Origin: Candidatus Caldarchaeum sp.
Lineage (GTDB): Archaea > Thermoproteota > Nitrososphaeria_A > Caldarchaeales > Caldarchaeaceae
DNA length: 64,000 nt
Direction: 5' to 3'
Assembly (NCBI GenBank): GCA_038885755.1
Contig: JAVZZH010000001.1
Location: 96,001-160,000, forward strand
Part shown: positions 19,205 through 28,889 of the stretch, in pieces
Position numbering within the stretch: the first letter of the stretch is position 1
How the letters are laid out: each line of letters starts with the position of its first letter
Notes under the pieces: generated by a model
Seen by the model: the letters and a program-made list of their open reading frames with translations, nothing else
Databases searched by the model: none
Told to the model about the DNA's origin: nothing
Program-made: the position numbers and the translations under genes

Positions 19205-20148
19205 TCCAGCAAGGCTTTCGAGACGGCGGCGTCCTGCACGGCTAGGCCGACGCTCTTGAACAACGTTATCTCGCGGTCGTCCTCCCTACCGGCCTTCAGC
19301 CCCGCCACCACCTCACCGATCTCGGCGTGGATCTTCTCACTCGTCATCAGGCCTAGCCGTATCGGCTCGAGTATGTCTCCAGCCTCCTCCATCACAGCTT
19401 CACGCGAGTCGACGACCAGCTTGGACTTTGCGGTAAGCTTCGGGTCTATCTCAACCATCTCGGGCGTGTATCCTCCTATCGCAGAGATATGAACCCCCTC
19501 CCTGACCCATTCATCCATGACGACAGGTGTCCTCGACGTCGTGACCGTGATGACCACGTCCGAAGTCCTGACCAGTTCTTCAGCTGAGCGAGCCGGCTCG
19601 ACCGTGAAGCCCTCTCTCCTCATAGAGTCAACGAAGCTTTTCATCCTGCCTCCGTCGATGTCGAAAACAGTGAACTCTACGTCGGGGTGGAGGCCGCCGA
19701 CCACCCGGACCTGCCAGCTGGCTTGGTAGCCGCATCCAACAACCCCCACCCTTGAAAAACCCTTACGAGCTAGGTGTTTGATGGAGACTGCGGAAGCCGC
19801 TGCTGTCCTGAGTCCCGTGAGTGCTCTGGCTTCGGAAACCAGCTTGGCGACTCCTGTCTCTGCGTCGAGAACCACTACAAGGGCGTTGATCGTCGGCAGC
19901 CCTCGAGCCGTGTTCCTAGGATATACTGTCACCAGCTTGAGGCTGAAGATGTTCATGGCAGGTACGTAGCACGGCATCAAAAGAATGTCCCCCGTTTTCT
20001 CCCGAGCCTCGATCCGTGTACGCACAGGCATCACAACCTGTCTGAGGCTGTAGAGCTTGTAGGCTTCCTCGACGACTTCGACAGCCTTCCTAGCGTCTAC
20101 TATCCTGGCAACATCCTCGTCCGATAGATACTTCACGTCATTCTCCAC
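19186..20148 (-). CDS. Ornithine cyclodeaminase/mu-crystallin/archaeal alanine dehydrogenase family protein
   Basis: LMP, LRTAAAS, GCGYQA, FKSVGLAVQD. Confidence 0.92.
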   Translation of the reverse strand: MENDVKYLSDEDVARIVDARKAVEVVEEAYKLYSLRQVVMPVRTRIEAREKTGDILLMPCYVPAMNIFSLKLVTVYPRNTARGLPTINALVVVLDAETGVAKLVSEARALTGLRTAAASAVSIKHLARKGFSRVGVVGCGYQASWQVRVVGGLHPDVEFTVFDIDGGRMKSFVDSMRREGFTVEPARSAEELVRTSDVVITVTTSRTPVVMDEWVREGVHISAIGGYTPEMVEIDPKLTAKSKLVVDSREAVMEEAGDILEPIRLGLMTSEKIHAEIGEVVAGLKAGREDDREITLFKSVGLAVQDAAVSKALLDYLTTM

Positions 20149-20234
20149 GGATTATTTTATGTTTAAGTCTTTCCCGTCAACGTCGTAGAGTAAAACGCAT
20201 ATTAACTGAAACAATTCCATCCCCTTGGTGGGGG

Positions 20235-22529
20235 TTGATAGCCGTCCTCATGCTGCTGCCGCTGCTGGTCTTCTCAGCAGTGGCGCCGTATCCATTCCAA
20301 GCAGGTCTCGAGCTAGTTGACGTGATCATAGAAAACAGCCCCAGCCTAGCTGCCTACTCAGCGTTCATCGACGCCGAGGTGGGTGGCATAGCCACGGCTA
20401 GGCTGCCTTTCAGGCTGTTGAGGATGCTCGAGGAGGATGGTGCGGCGGTCTACAGGCCGAGACTGCTCAGGCCGATGCTGGACGTCAGCATGGCCGAAAT
20501 AGGTGTAAACCTTCTCGGCAACCTGTCCGGCCTCAACGCTCCATCCGTCGACGGCACCGGGGTCTTGATAGCCTTCGTCGACACCGGGGTCGACTACAAA
20601 CATCCAGCCTTCAGGTCGAAGAACGGAGGCAACCGCATCCTGTACATCTGGGACCAGACCGTCGAGGGTAGGAAGCCGGAGGGGTTCGGCTACGGCCATG
20701 AATGCCTTCCGAGAGAGATAGCGGAGGGGTCGTGTCCGCAGAGGGATATTTCGGGGCACGGTACCTTGATAGCTTCCATCGCCGCTGGAGAGGTTTTCGA
20801 CGAGACGGGTCGCCGTGGTGTCGCTCCCGGAGCCGAGCTCATCGTGGTCAAGAGCGGTGGACCCGCATGCACGGACGGAAGGTGGTTCTTCACGGAGAAA
20901 GGGTTGATCGACGGTGTTGCGTATGCTGTTGAGAAGGCCCGTCTTCTCGGCAGACGGTTGGTGGTTGTGCTGAGCGTGGGCACGGACATAGGGGGGCATG
21001 ATGGAAACTCTCCTCTGGAGAGGGCGTTGGACGGCTGGGCTGATGAGGGGGTTGTGTTCGCAGTAGCTGCGGGAAACTCCGCCAACGACAACAGACATGC
21101 AACTGGAGTGCTGACACCCGGCCGGAACACCATGCTTTCATGGACGGTTCCTCAGGACACAACGCAGGCCAGCGTGTCGCTGGTCATCGGCCCCGATGAC
21201 TGGATAGAGCTCCAAACAACTTCTCCCAGAGGCGGCTCAGTAGTCTTGAGAGCCAACGAGACCGTCTCCACCGCCGACTTCACCGTCGAGACAAGCGTTT
21301 GGCGGAGAAACGCCCTGACCGAGCTGCTGCTGGAGTTCAACTTCAGCTCACGATTGACTGGAACTTGGAGGCTTACTCTATCACCCACAACCGTAAGGTC
21401 GGGCGTCTGGCACGCGTGGGTCGAGACAAACACCTGCAGCAACCAGTCGGAGTACTTCCAGCCTTCGCCCGATTACTCGCTCAGCCGGGAAGCGACGGTG
21501 ACAATACCGGGGACCGCTAAGAACGTGCTCACAGTAGGGGCCTACACGACCCGAGTAAGGTGGCAGGCCTCTGGGACGACATGGAGCGTAGACGGAACGG
21601 TCGGCGAGCTGGAGTACTACAGCGGCAGGGGCCCTACGTCGGACGGAAGGGTCAAGCCCGATATAACGGCTCCCGGGGGAGTGGTTCTCGCAGCCGGGTC
21701 GGCCGATGCTAGGCGTCAGCCGTACAACCCAGGCGGGCTGGTGGCCGTCAGCAGGGGAACCAGCATGGCGACGCCTCACGCGGCGGGAGTGGCTGCGCTG
21801 ATACTTCAGCTAGCCCCCAACCTGACTGCGAGGCGGGTGATAGAGGTGATGAAGGACAACGCCCGGGTTGACGACCGGACGGGGCCTGTTCCAGCCGGCG
21901 GCTCCAACTCATGGGGGTGGGGAAAGCTTACAGCCAACATCGCGTACCTGGTTCAGGTAGCGGTTTCTGGAGCTGTCAACGAATCCAAGCCTGTTCTCGT
22001 CATCGACGGAGCAGGCTCGTACGCCTTACAGTCAGCCAGCGCAGACATAGTCCTCGTCCGAAACAATCCCACGCAGCTCTCGCTCAAAACTCGTCAGACC
22101 GAGGACAGCAGGTACACCGTCCAGCCTCAGCAGGTATCTGCAGCCGGAGAGACGACAAGAGCACTGTTCACTGTACGTGCAGAGCATAGGCTGAGGATTC
22201 TCAGCCCGCAGGGCAGCGTTCTAAGGGATGTTTGGGGCTTGGAGAACAGCGTGTTCAGGCTCAGCGAGTTGCTGCGGGACGTCCCGCTAGGGGGATTTAT
22301 CTCGGGATACGTCGTTGACGGGGTTGAGTCTAGGGGTGATTCGCTGCAGCTTACACGGCCGATGACAGTGGTCTTGATAATCTCAAGCGTCCGGGAGGAC
22401 GGCAACCCCTTGGTTCCGGCGACGGGGCTGGCGTTCGCCTCGATTCTGGCAGCCGCCTCGATGATGCTGCTCAGATGGATACGGAGGCAGAGGAACCTCT
22501 CGAAACAGGCCGCTGCAGCTGCTCCATGA
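20235..22529 (+). CDS. Secreted, membrane-anchored subtilisin-like S8 serine protease with an inserted domain
   Basis: Signal peptide; DTG, HGT, AAGN and GTSMA catalytic motifs; ILYIWDQT; C-terminal TM segment followed by a basic tail. Confidence 0.92.
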   Translation: MIAVLMLLPLLVFSAVAPYPFQAGLELVDVIIENSPSLAAYSAFIDAEVGGIATARLPFRLLRMLEEDGAAVYRPRLLRPMLDVSMAEIGVNLLGNLSGLNAPSVDGTGVLIAFVDTGVDYKHPAFRSKNGGNRILYIWDQTVEGRKPEGFGYGHECLPREIAEGSCPQRDISGHGTLIASIAAGEVFDETGRRGVAPGAELIVVKSGGPACTDGRWFFTEKGLIDGVAYAVEKARLLGRRLVVVLSVGTDIGGHDGNSPLERALDGWADEGVVFAVAAGNSANDNRHATGVLTPGRNTMLSWTVPQDTTQASVSLVIGPDDWIELQTTSPRGGSVVLRANETVSTADFTVETSVWRRNALTELLLEFNFSSRLTGTWRLTLSPTTVRSGVWHAWVETNTCSNQSEYFQPSPDYSLSREATVTIPGTAKNVLTVGAYTTRVRWQASGTTWSVDGTVGELEYYSGRGPTSDGRVKPDITAPGGVVLAAGSADARRQPYNPGGLVAVSRGTSMATPHAAGVAALILQLAPNLTARRVIEVMKDNARVDDRTGPVPAGGSNSWGWGKLTANIAYLVQVAVSGAVNESKPVLVIDGAGSYALQSASADIVLVRNNPTQLSLKTRQTEDSRYTVQPQQVSAAGETTRALFTVRAEHRLRILSPQGSVLRDVWGLENSVFRLSELLRDVPLGGFISGYVVDGVESRGDSLQLTRPMTVVLIISSVREDGNPLVPATGLAFASILAAASMMLLRWIRRQRNLSKQAAAAAP

Positions 22530-23160
22530 CACGGAGAGCGACGCCGTCCGAAACCCTACACCTGCCGCTCTCGTCAACCTCATCCACGACGAACAAAGAA
22601 TGATACTTGTCGGCAGGTATCTTCGACGGCGGCGGGAAACCGGCGAACGCAAGGTCGAGAATCACGTAGCATCCAACAACTTTCAACCCGCATCGCTCGA
22701 GGAGACCCACCGCGGCGTTCAGGGTCTTCGACGACCGCCTAATGTCGTCTATGAGCAACACGTTGCTAAACCCGGACACAGCCGACCCATCCAAGTGGAG
22801 AGCCACGTCCCTGCCCTCCGTCGCCGACCTCTCAACGACGGACACAGGACTCTCGAAGACAACTTTGAAACCCTTGTAAATCGAGAAGTAAGGCTTGTTC
22901 AACTCGTAGGAGACAGCCACGCCGTACTTGGCTCCCGACGTCTCGACCGAGGCGACGGCGTCGAAGACGTAGCCCCTGCTCGCCACATCTAACGAGATAC
23001 ATCTGGCCAAGGCTCTGTACACCTCGGGGTCGTGGACGATGTTGAGCCAAGATATGCGGAGTATTCTTTCTTCTCCTCTCCTGAAAACTTTAACCGAGGA
23101 ACCGGTTCGGAGGCCTTCGACGAGCGTGGAGAGTGTTTTCAGAAGCCTGTCATCATCCAT
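22471..23160 (-). CDS. Type I phosphoribosyltransferase-fold protein
   Basis: VETSG and LLIDDIRRSSKT (PRPP loop variant). Confidence 0.7.
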   Translation of the reverse strand: MDDDRLLKTLSTLVEGLRTGSSVKVFRRGEERILRISWLNIVHDPEVYRALARCISLDVASRGYVFDAVASVETSGAKYGVAVSYELNKPYFSIYKGFKVVFESPVSVVERSATEGRDVALHLDGSAVSGFSNVLLIDDIRRSSKTLNAAVGLLERCGLKVVGCYVILDLAFAGFPPPSKIPADKYHSLFVVDEVDESGRCRVSDGVALRVMEQLQRPVSRGSSASVSI

Positions 23161-23185
23161 AGAAGCGGTTGAGGCGGGTTTCTTA

Positions 23186-24331
23186 TTAGTTTGCCGTGGA
23201 CAGGGAAACCCTGCTGGCGGGAATCCTCGAAACCAATGCAGCTGAAACGAATGGGGCGAAGGAGACGACCGCGAAGACCGGGGCGTAGCCGTAGACGTCT
23301 ATCGCGAGCCCTATAACCGGAACCACCACGTTGACCATTCCGAACGTGAACCCGTAAATAAGGGCTGAAGCAAATCCCAGATTGTTGGGAAGCATGTCGT
23401 GGGATATTGCTACGAGAAGCGGGTGGGCGGCTAGGGCGGCGAGGCCGAAGAGCGAGACGGGCACGAGAATGTACTGGGGCGGGGCCACGGTTGTCAGGTA
23501 GGCGAACAGCGTCGACGACAGGAGGAGAATAATAACCACTCTCCTCTTACCCATCCGGGAGGCTATTATTCCGGCGCTCACCATCCCGACGGCACCAGCC
23601 AAAAGCATCAACGTAAGTCCTCCGCCGGCTTGAGCAAGAGCATAGCCCTGGGAAGCTAAGTAGAGAGGCAGGTAGGTGATCATGCTCATCACAGCCACTC
23701 CTCTCAGCATGGCCGCGGCGACCAAGATGTATATGTAGCGGAGGCCCACAGCCCTCACGGCGGCTCCCAACTCCTGCCCTCTAACAGCCTGATGCTGGAA
23801 CTGATCCCTAGCCAGCAACAAGGCTGTCAAAACTGGAAGGACTAGCAGGAGGGAGGTCCCCTTCAAACCTATCGCAGCCACCGCCAGAGAGCAGACTAGA
23901 GACCCCAGCGCGAGGCCTAGGTCGCCTCCCGTCATAAACAGCGAGACTGAAAGAGACCTCCTGCCCGAGACGGAGCTCGCTGAGGTGGCTACGGGGTGGA
24001 ACAGAGCCGACCCGACTCCTCCCAGCAAGGCCAGGAGGTAGATTAGGAGATAGTCTTCGACGAAGCCGACGGCCGCTACCGCGAAGCCGCCGATCAGAAG
24101 GCCGGCCGGCATGAAGGCGTAGACCTGTCTCCTGTCGTAGATGTAGCCCGTGGCCACTTGCAGGAACGAGGCTGTGATCATGTAGACGGCGGGGATGAGG
24201 CCGAGGGCTGCTATGGACAGGTTGTGGTGCATGGCCAGGACGGGAAGCAGTGGAGGCAGGGCTGAGTAGAGCATGTCGTTGGCCATGTGGCCCATGAACA
24301 GCTTCGCCGCCCGGCTCATCGCGGACAACAT
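23186..24331 (-). CDS. MFS transporter (Fsr-like)
   Basis: HMANDM..LPPLLP, GSALFHP; about 12 TM segments. Confidence 0.9.
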   Translation of the reverse strand: MLSAMSRAAKLFMGHMANDMLYSALPPLLPVLAMHHNLSIAALGLIPAVYMITASFLQVATGYIYDRRQVYAFMPAGLLIGGFAVAAVGFVEDYLLIYLLALLGGVGSALFHPVATSASSVSGRRSLSVSLFMTGGDLGLALGSLVCSLAVAAIGLKGTSLLLVLPVLTALLLARDQFQHQAVRGQELGAAVRAVGLRYIYILVAAAMLRGVAVMSMITYLPLYLASQGYALAQAGGGLTLMLLAGAVGMVSAGIIASRMGKRRVVIILLLSSTLFAYLTTVAPPQYILVPVSLFGLAALAAHPLLVAISHDMLPNNLGFASALIYGFTFGMVNVVVPVIGLAIDVYGYAPVFAVVSFAPFVSAALVSRIPASRVSLSTAN

Positions 24332-24407
24332 TCATGCTGGAGCCTCTATATAGGTTCCATCCATCCAAGCGTCTAGCTTAAAACCATCCAAGAGGAAGAC
24401 ACGCCGC

Positions 24408-25544
24408 ATGAACCCGGCGGAGATTGTGAAGGACCTGCCCAGAGTCTTCCCCCCGTCCTACTGGCTGGACAAGAGCGAGAGGGAGGAGTTCCCGACAGAG
24501 TTTTGGCGTGAATGCATGAGGCTAAGGCTTCCAGGCTTCCTGACGCCTGAGAAGTACGGAGGTCTTGGGCGGAGCCTCGAGGACTTGGTCAACGTAGTCG
24601 TCTACCTCGGCGAACACGGGTTCGGCACAGGGGTTTACCCGCTTCTCAGCAACAACATGTCATCCCTGGTCCTGCTTAACTCGGGAGACGAAAGGCTTGC
24701 AGAACTGTTCCTCCCCAAGCTCGCCAGCGGAGAGTACGTCATGGGGCTGGCGATAACGGAGAGGGCGTCAGGGTCGGACGTCCTGTCGATCACAACCATG
24801 GCAGAGGACAGGAACGGCGTGTACGTCGTCAACGGCGAGAAGATGTTCGTCAACAACATCGACGCAGCCACGCATATGCTCCTCGCAGCCAGAACAACTC
24901 CCGCCGACAAAGCCGGCAAGCGGAGCGAAGGTCTCACGCTCTTCATCCTAGACCTCAAACAGGAAGGTGTATGGTTCCAGCCTCTGCCCAAGACTGGTAC
25001 GAACTACTACAAGACAGGGTTGATGATGCTCAAGAACGTGGAGATAAGTAGGGAGCGTGTTGTGGGCCCCGTCGGAAAGGGCTGGAGAACGCTGACCACA
25101 GCCCTGAACCCCGACAGAATAGTTTACGCGGCTCTGGGAGTTGGGTCGGCGCTCTACGCGGTGAAGACAGCCGCAGCCCACGCCGCCGAGAGAGTAGTCT
25201 TCGGCAGACTGATTGGAAGCTATCAGGGGATACAGCTACCCCTAGCTGAGAACTACACCTTGGCGGAGGCGGCGAGGCTGCTGTGCGTCGAGGCGGCTAG
25301 GGCTTACGACCGTGGTGAACGGGCTGACGTCCTCGCATGCATGGCGAAGTACGTGGCTTCGGAGGTTGCCGTGAAATCGCTGACCCACGCCATGCAGGTT
25401 TTAGGCGGGTACGGATACCTGAAGGAGAGGCATCTGGAGAGGGTTTTGAGGGATATGCTGCTGCTCAAGTCTGGGCCGATTACTCAGGAGCTTGCTCTCG
25501 CATACGTTGCTGAGAGAGGACTTGGGCTTCCACGCTCCTACTAG
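24408..25544 (+). CDS. Acyl-CoA dehydrogenase
   Basis: AITERASGSD, NGEKMF, FGRLIGSYQ, QVLGGYGY. Confidence 0.93.
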   Translation: MNPAEIVKDLPRVFPPSYWLDKSEREEFPTEFWRECMRLRLPGFLTPEKYGGLGRSLEDLVNVVVYLGEHGFGTGVYPLLSNNMSSLVLLNSGDERLAELFLPKLASGEYVMGLAITERASGSDVLSITTMAEDRNGVYVVNGEKMFVNNIDAATHMLLAARTTPADKAGKRSEGLTLFILDLKQEGVWFQPLPKTGTNYYKTGLMMLKNVEISRERVVGPVGKGWRTLTTALNPDRIVYAALGVGSALYAVKTAAAHAAERVVFGRLIGSYQGIQLPLAENYTLAEAARLLCVEAARAYDRGERADVLACMAKYVASEVAVKSLTHAMQVLGGYGYLKERHLERVLRDMLLLKSGPITQELALAYVAERGLGLPRSY

Positions 25545-26515
25545 ACCTCTAGGACAAGGCCTACTCCATCCCTTTCAGCCTTCTTCAGCACGGCTGAGGC
25601 AAAGTAGAGGTCGATGGCTGCGAACCCCACGGACTTGAGAAGCGTTATGGTTTCTTCATTCCGCCCAACAGGCCTGCCCTTGACTATCTCATGCAGCTCC
25701 ACGACATCATCAGGCTTAACCACTCCGGCGTTGATGCCTGCAATCAGGTCGCCGGCTTCTCTCAGAACCATCTCCTTGAGGTCGGCTGCGATAGCACCTG
25801 CGCGTCTAAACGTCTCGACGTCAAGCTCACGCCTCGTAGGCAGCACTCCGAAGCTGTTGACGTGAACGCCGTCAGCCAGCCACGCCCCGGAGAATACAGG
25901 CTCAGACGAGTTCGTTGCAGCCAGCACAACGTCCACGTTCTCCACAGCCTCCCTAGCGGAGTCAACGGCCCTCGAGTCTAGCCCGAGCTCCCTCCCCGCC
26001 CTCTCAGCCAGCCTTCTTCTATTCTGAGCCGTCGGGCTGTAGACCTTGAGCATTCGTATGTTCCTCACCGCTTTCAAAGCAGCCAACAGCGCCCACGCAA
26101 TTCTTCCGCTCCCCACAAGCCCAACGGATTCAACATCGCTCCTAGCCATGTGTTTGGCGCCGACTCCGCCTATCCCACCTGTTCGAAGGGCCGTCAGTTG
26201 AACAGAGTCGATGAGCCCCATGAGCCTTCCCGTCTCGAGGTCGAAGAACAAAACCAATCCGCTGGCCGTCTCAAGCCCGTGCTTGGACGGGTTCTGTCTA
26301 TACTCGTTGATGACCTTCACGATGAATCCTTGATGGTCGAGGCTGTAGGCCGGCATGTTGAGCCAGACGGCGTCCTTCTCGGCGACTGGAGATATGATTC
26401 GGGCCGGTGCGACGTATTTGCCGGGGCTGTAGTCCCGGTAGAACTCCTCCACGATCTCGACGGATGTCCCGATGTCAAGCCATTCTTCGAGGTCTCTACC
26501 TGTTATGAGCCGCAT
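25541..26515 (-). CDS. Ornithine cyclodeaminase/mu-crystallin family protein
   Basis: NMPA, LRTGG, GSGRIA, LKSVGFAAID. Confidence 0.9.
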   Translation of the reverse strand: MRLITGRDLEEWLDIGTSVEIVEEFYRDYSPGKYVAPARIISPVAEKDAVWLNMPAYSLDHQGFIVKVINEYRQNPSKHGLETASGLVLFFDLETGRLMGLIDSVQLTALRTGGIGGVGAKHMARSDVESVGLVGSGRIAWALLAALKAVRNIRMLKVYSPTAQNRRRLAERAGRELGLDSRAVDSAREAVENVDVVLAATNSSEPVFSGAWLADGVHVNSFGVLPTRRELDVETFRRAGAIAADLKEMVLREAGDLIAGINAGVVKPDDVVELHEIVKGRPVGRNEETITLLKSVGFAAIDLYFASAVLKKAERDGVGLVLEV

Positions 26516-26523
26516 CGATCCAC

Positions 26524-27852
26524 CTAGCTCCGCATGTCAAGGACCCGCTTGGCCTTCCCAACTTCCTGACGCTGAAGGGTCATGGGCTCCACCAGCTCCA
26601 CCTCCACCCCCGTCATCAGCGTTTCGCGGAGGTCTTCCTCAAGCTTTCTCCTCAAACGGTTCAAGTCTGCCGGCTTGAAGTCTCTACTCAGTTCAGCCAC
26701 GACCCTGACCCTGTCCCGGCCATCCTCACGGGAGACGACGATCTGATACTCGACGCCCAGCTCGGGATATTTGAGCAAAACCGTCTCGACGGCGCTCGGC
26801 CAGATGGAGACGCCCGATACCTTAATCATGTCGTCCACCCTCCCGCTTATGTATCCAATCCTCCTGTGAGTCCTTCCGCAGTCGCATGAGGTTGAGTCAT
26901 ACATGTAAGAGATGTCTCGGCACCTGTACCTTATGACGGGCGAAGCCTCCTTAGTCAAAGTGGTGAAGACGAGCTCTCCTTTCTCCTCGGGCTCGACAGG
27001 CTCTCCTGTCTTGGGGTCGACGACCTCGGCGTAGAAATGATCCTCCCAGAGATGCAGCCCGTCGTGAAGATGGCAGTCGTTGGCAACCCCCGGCCCGCAC
27101 AGCTCCGTGAACCCGTAGATGTCGTAAACATCCATGTCCCACGCATCGGCAACCCGTTTCTTCATCTCCTTCGTCCACATCTCCGACCCGAAGACACCCT
27201 TCCTGACCAGCGTATCCCTCCTCGGGTCGACGCCCATCTCTAGAGCGGTCTCTGTGAGCCTCAGGACGTAGGAGACGACTGCGCAGACCATCGTAGTGCC
27301 AAAATCAATCATGTACTGTATCTGGCGTCGGCTGAAGCCCGCGCCCGTCGGAACAACCATCGCGCCAACACGCCTAGCGCCGTAGTAGAACCCGAACCCG
27401 CCTGTGAACATTCCGAAGCTCGGCGTTATCTGGAGGATGTCTTTCTTCGTCAACCCCGACATCGTCAGGCAACGGGCTGAGACCTCGCCCCACACATCTA
27501 TGTCGTTCTGCGTGTAGAAGCCCAGCGTCGGAACCCCAGTAGTTCCCGACGTAGCGTGTACTTCTAAGAGCTCGGTCCGGGGAACGGCTAGAATACCGTA
27601 GGGGTAGAGAGAGCGGAGGTCGTCCTTGGTCGTGAACGGGAGCTTGCTCAGGTCGCTGGCTGTCTTGACGTCGTCCGGCCTGACTCCTGCACTGTCGAGC
27701 TTTCTCCGGTAGAAAACGTTGTTCTCGTATGCATGCCTAACAGTCCATCTGATCCTCTGGTCTCTGACCGCTTCAATCTCCCGCCGAGGCATAGTCTCCA
27801 ACTGCCTGTTGAAGAACCGGGCCTCTTTCATAGCTTCTAACGCCGCATTCAT
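26524..27852 (-). CDS. paaK: Phenylacetate-CoA ligase family protein
   Basis: PFTTKDDLR, TSGTTG, YG.TE, GRVDDM, GKAKRV. Confidence 0.85.
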   Translation of the reverse strand: MNAALEAMKEARFFNRQLETMPRREIEAVRDQRIRWTVRHAYENNVFYRRKLDSAGVRPDDVKTASDLSKLPFTTKDDLRSLYPYGILAVPRTELLEVHATSGTTGVPTLGFYTQNDIDVWGEVSARCLTMSGLTKKDILQITPSFGMFTGGFGFYYGARRVGAMVVPTGAGFSRRQIQYMIDFGTTMVCAVVSYVLRLTETALEMGVDPRRDTLVRKGVFGSEMWTKEMKKRVADAWDMDVYDIYGFTELCGPGVANDCHLHDGLHLWEDHFYAEVVDPKTGEPVEPEEKGELVFTTLTKEASPVIRYRCRDISYMYDSTSCDCGRTHRRIGYISGRVDDMIKVSGVSIWPSAVETVLLKYPELGVEYQIVVSREDGRDRVRVVAELSRDFKPADLNRLRRKLEEDLRETLMTGVEVELVEPMTLQRQEVGKAKRVLDMRS

Positions 27853-27911
27853 GCTAAATAACTTTGCTAAGGCAGGCCTCTTGATGTAAACTATAAAGAT
27901 ACCTCGTTGCG

Positions 27912-28889
27912 ATGATAATTGAAATGAAGCTGGCTACTTTTCATAACCCATACCTGCGCAAGCCTAGGCTGGGTCTTGTCTTCGGCGAGCACGTGATAGA
28001 CTTGTCCGGGGCGTACACCTCGCTTCTGATCGAGGAGGGGGAGGAGGATGCTGAGGTTCTCGGCGAGGCGCTTCTCCCCAGCAGCATGATCGCTTTTCTT
28101 AGGAGAGGCAGGAGGGCTAGGGAGGCTGCTGACAGGGTGTTGTTCAAGGCCCGCAGCTTTATCAACAAAGAGTACGGCGACGGGCTGGCTTTCAAGCTCT
28201 CAGAGGTAAGGCTTTACGCACCGGTGCCAAGACCCGGCAAGATAATACACACGGCGGGCAACTTCAGGGAGCATGCTAAGGAGGCTGAGAAAGCCAAGTG
28301 GGAGTTTCCCATACCCCAGTGGATCTCCTTCCTGAAAAGCCCTTCAGCAGTTGTAGGCCCGTACGACGACATAGTCCGGCCCAAGTTCGTCAAGGAGCTC
28401 GACTACGAGCTTGAAATGGCCATAGTGATCGGAAGGAGGGGTAAGTACATCTCCAGGGAGAGGGCTTTCGACTACGTCGCGGGCTTCATGGTCTTCAACG
28501 ACCTCACGGCTAGGGACATTCAGCGGGAGGAGATGAAGAACGGCCTGCTCAACTTCGGTAAAAACTTCGACAGTTTCGCCCCGATGGGGCCCTACCTCGT
28601 GACGAAGGACGACGTCAACGACCCCCACAACCTGAAGATGGAGCTGAGGGTCAACGGAGAGGTCCGGCAGTCAGGGAACACAAACCGACTCTCAGTATCC
28701 CTCCAAGAAATCATAGAACACTACTCGTGGGTGGTTCTCGAGCCCGGAGACGTCATAACGACTGGGACGATCTCCGGAGTGGCCGCTTTTAGGGAGAACC
28801 CGGAGAAATACTACCTCAAGCCCGGCGACGTCATGGAGTCGGAGATAGAGCAGCTTGGAACCATGAGGAACAGAATTGTGGGAGAGTGA
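27912..28889 (+). CDS. Fumarylacetoacetate hydrolase family protein
   Basis: DYELE, NDLTARD, KNFD, LEPGDVITTGT. Confidence 0.92.
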   Translation: MIIEMKLATFHNPYLRKPRLGLVFGEHVIDLSGAYTSLLIEEGEEDAEVLGEALLPSSMIAFLRRGRRAREAADRVLFKARSFINKEYGDGLAFKLSEVRLYAPVPRPGKIIHTAGNFREHAKEAEKAKWEFPIPQWISFLKSPSAVVGPYDDIVRPKFVKELDYELEMAIVIGRRGKYISRERAFDYVAGFMVFNDLTARDIQREEMKNGLLNFGKNFDSFAPMGPYLVTKDDVNDPHNLKMELRVNGEVRQSGNTNRLSVSLQEIIEHYSWVVLEPGDVITTGTISGVAAFRENPEKYYLKPGDVMESEIEQLGTMRNRIVGE

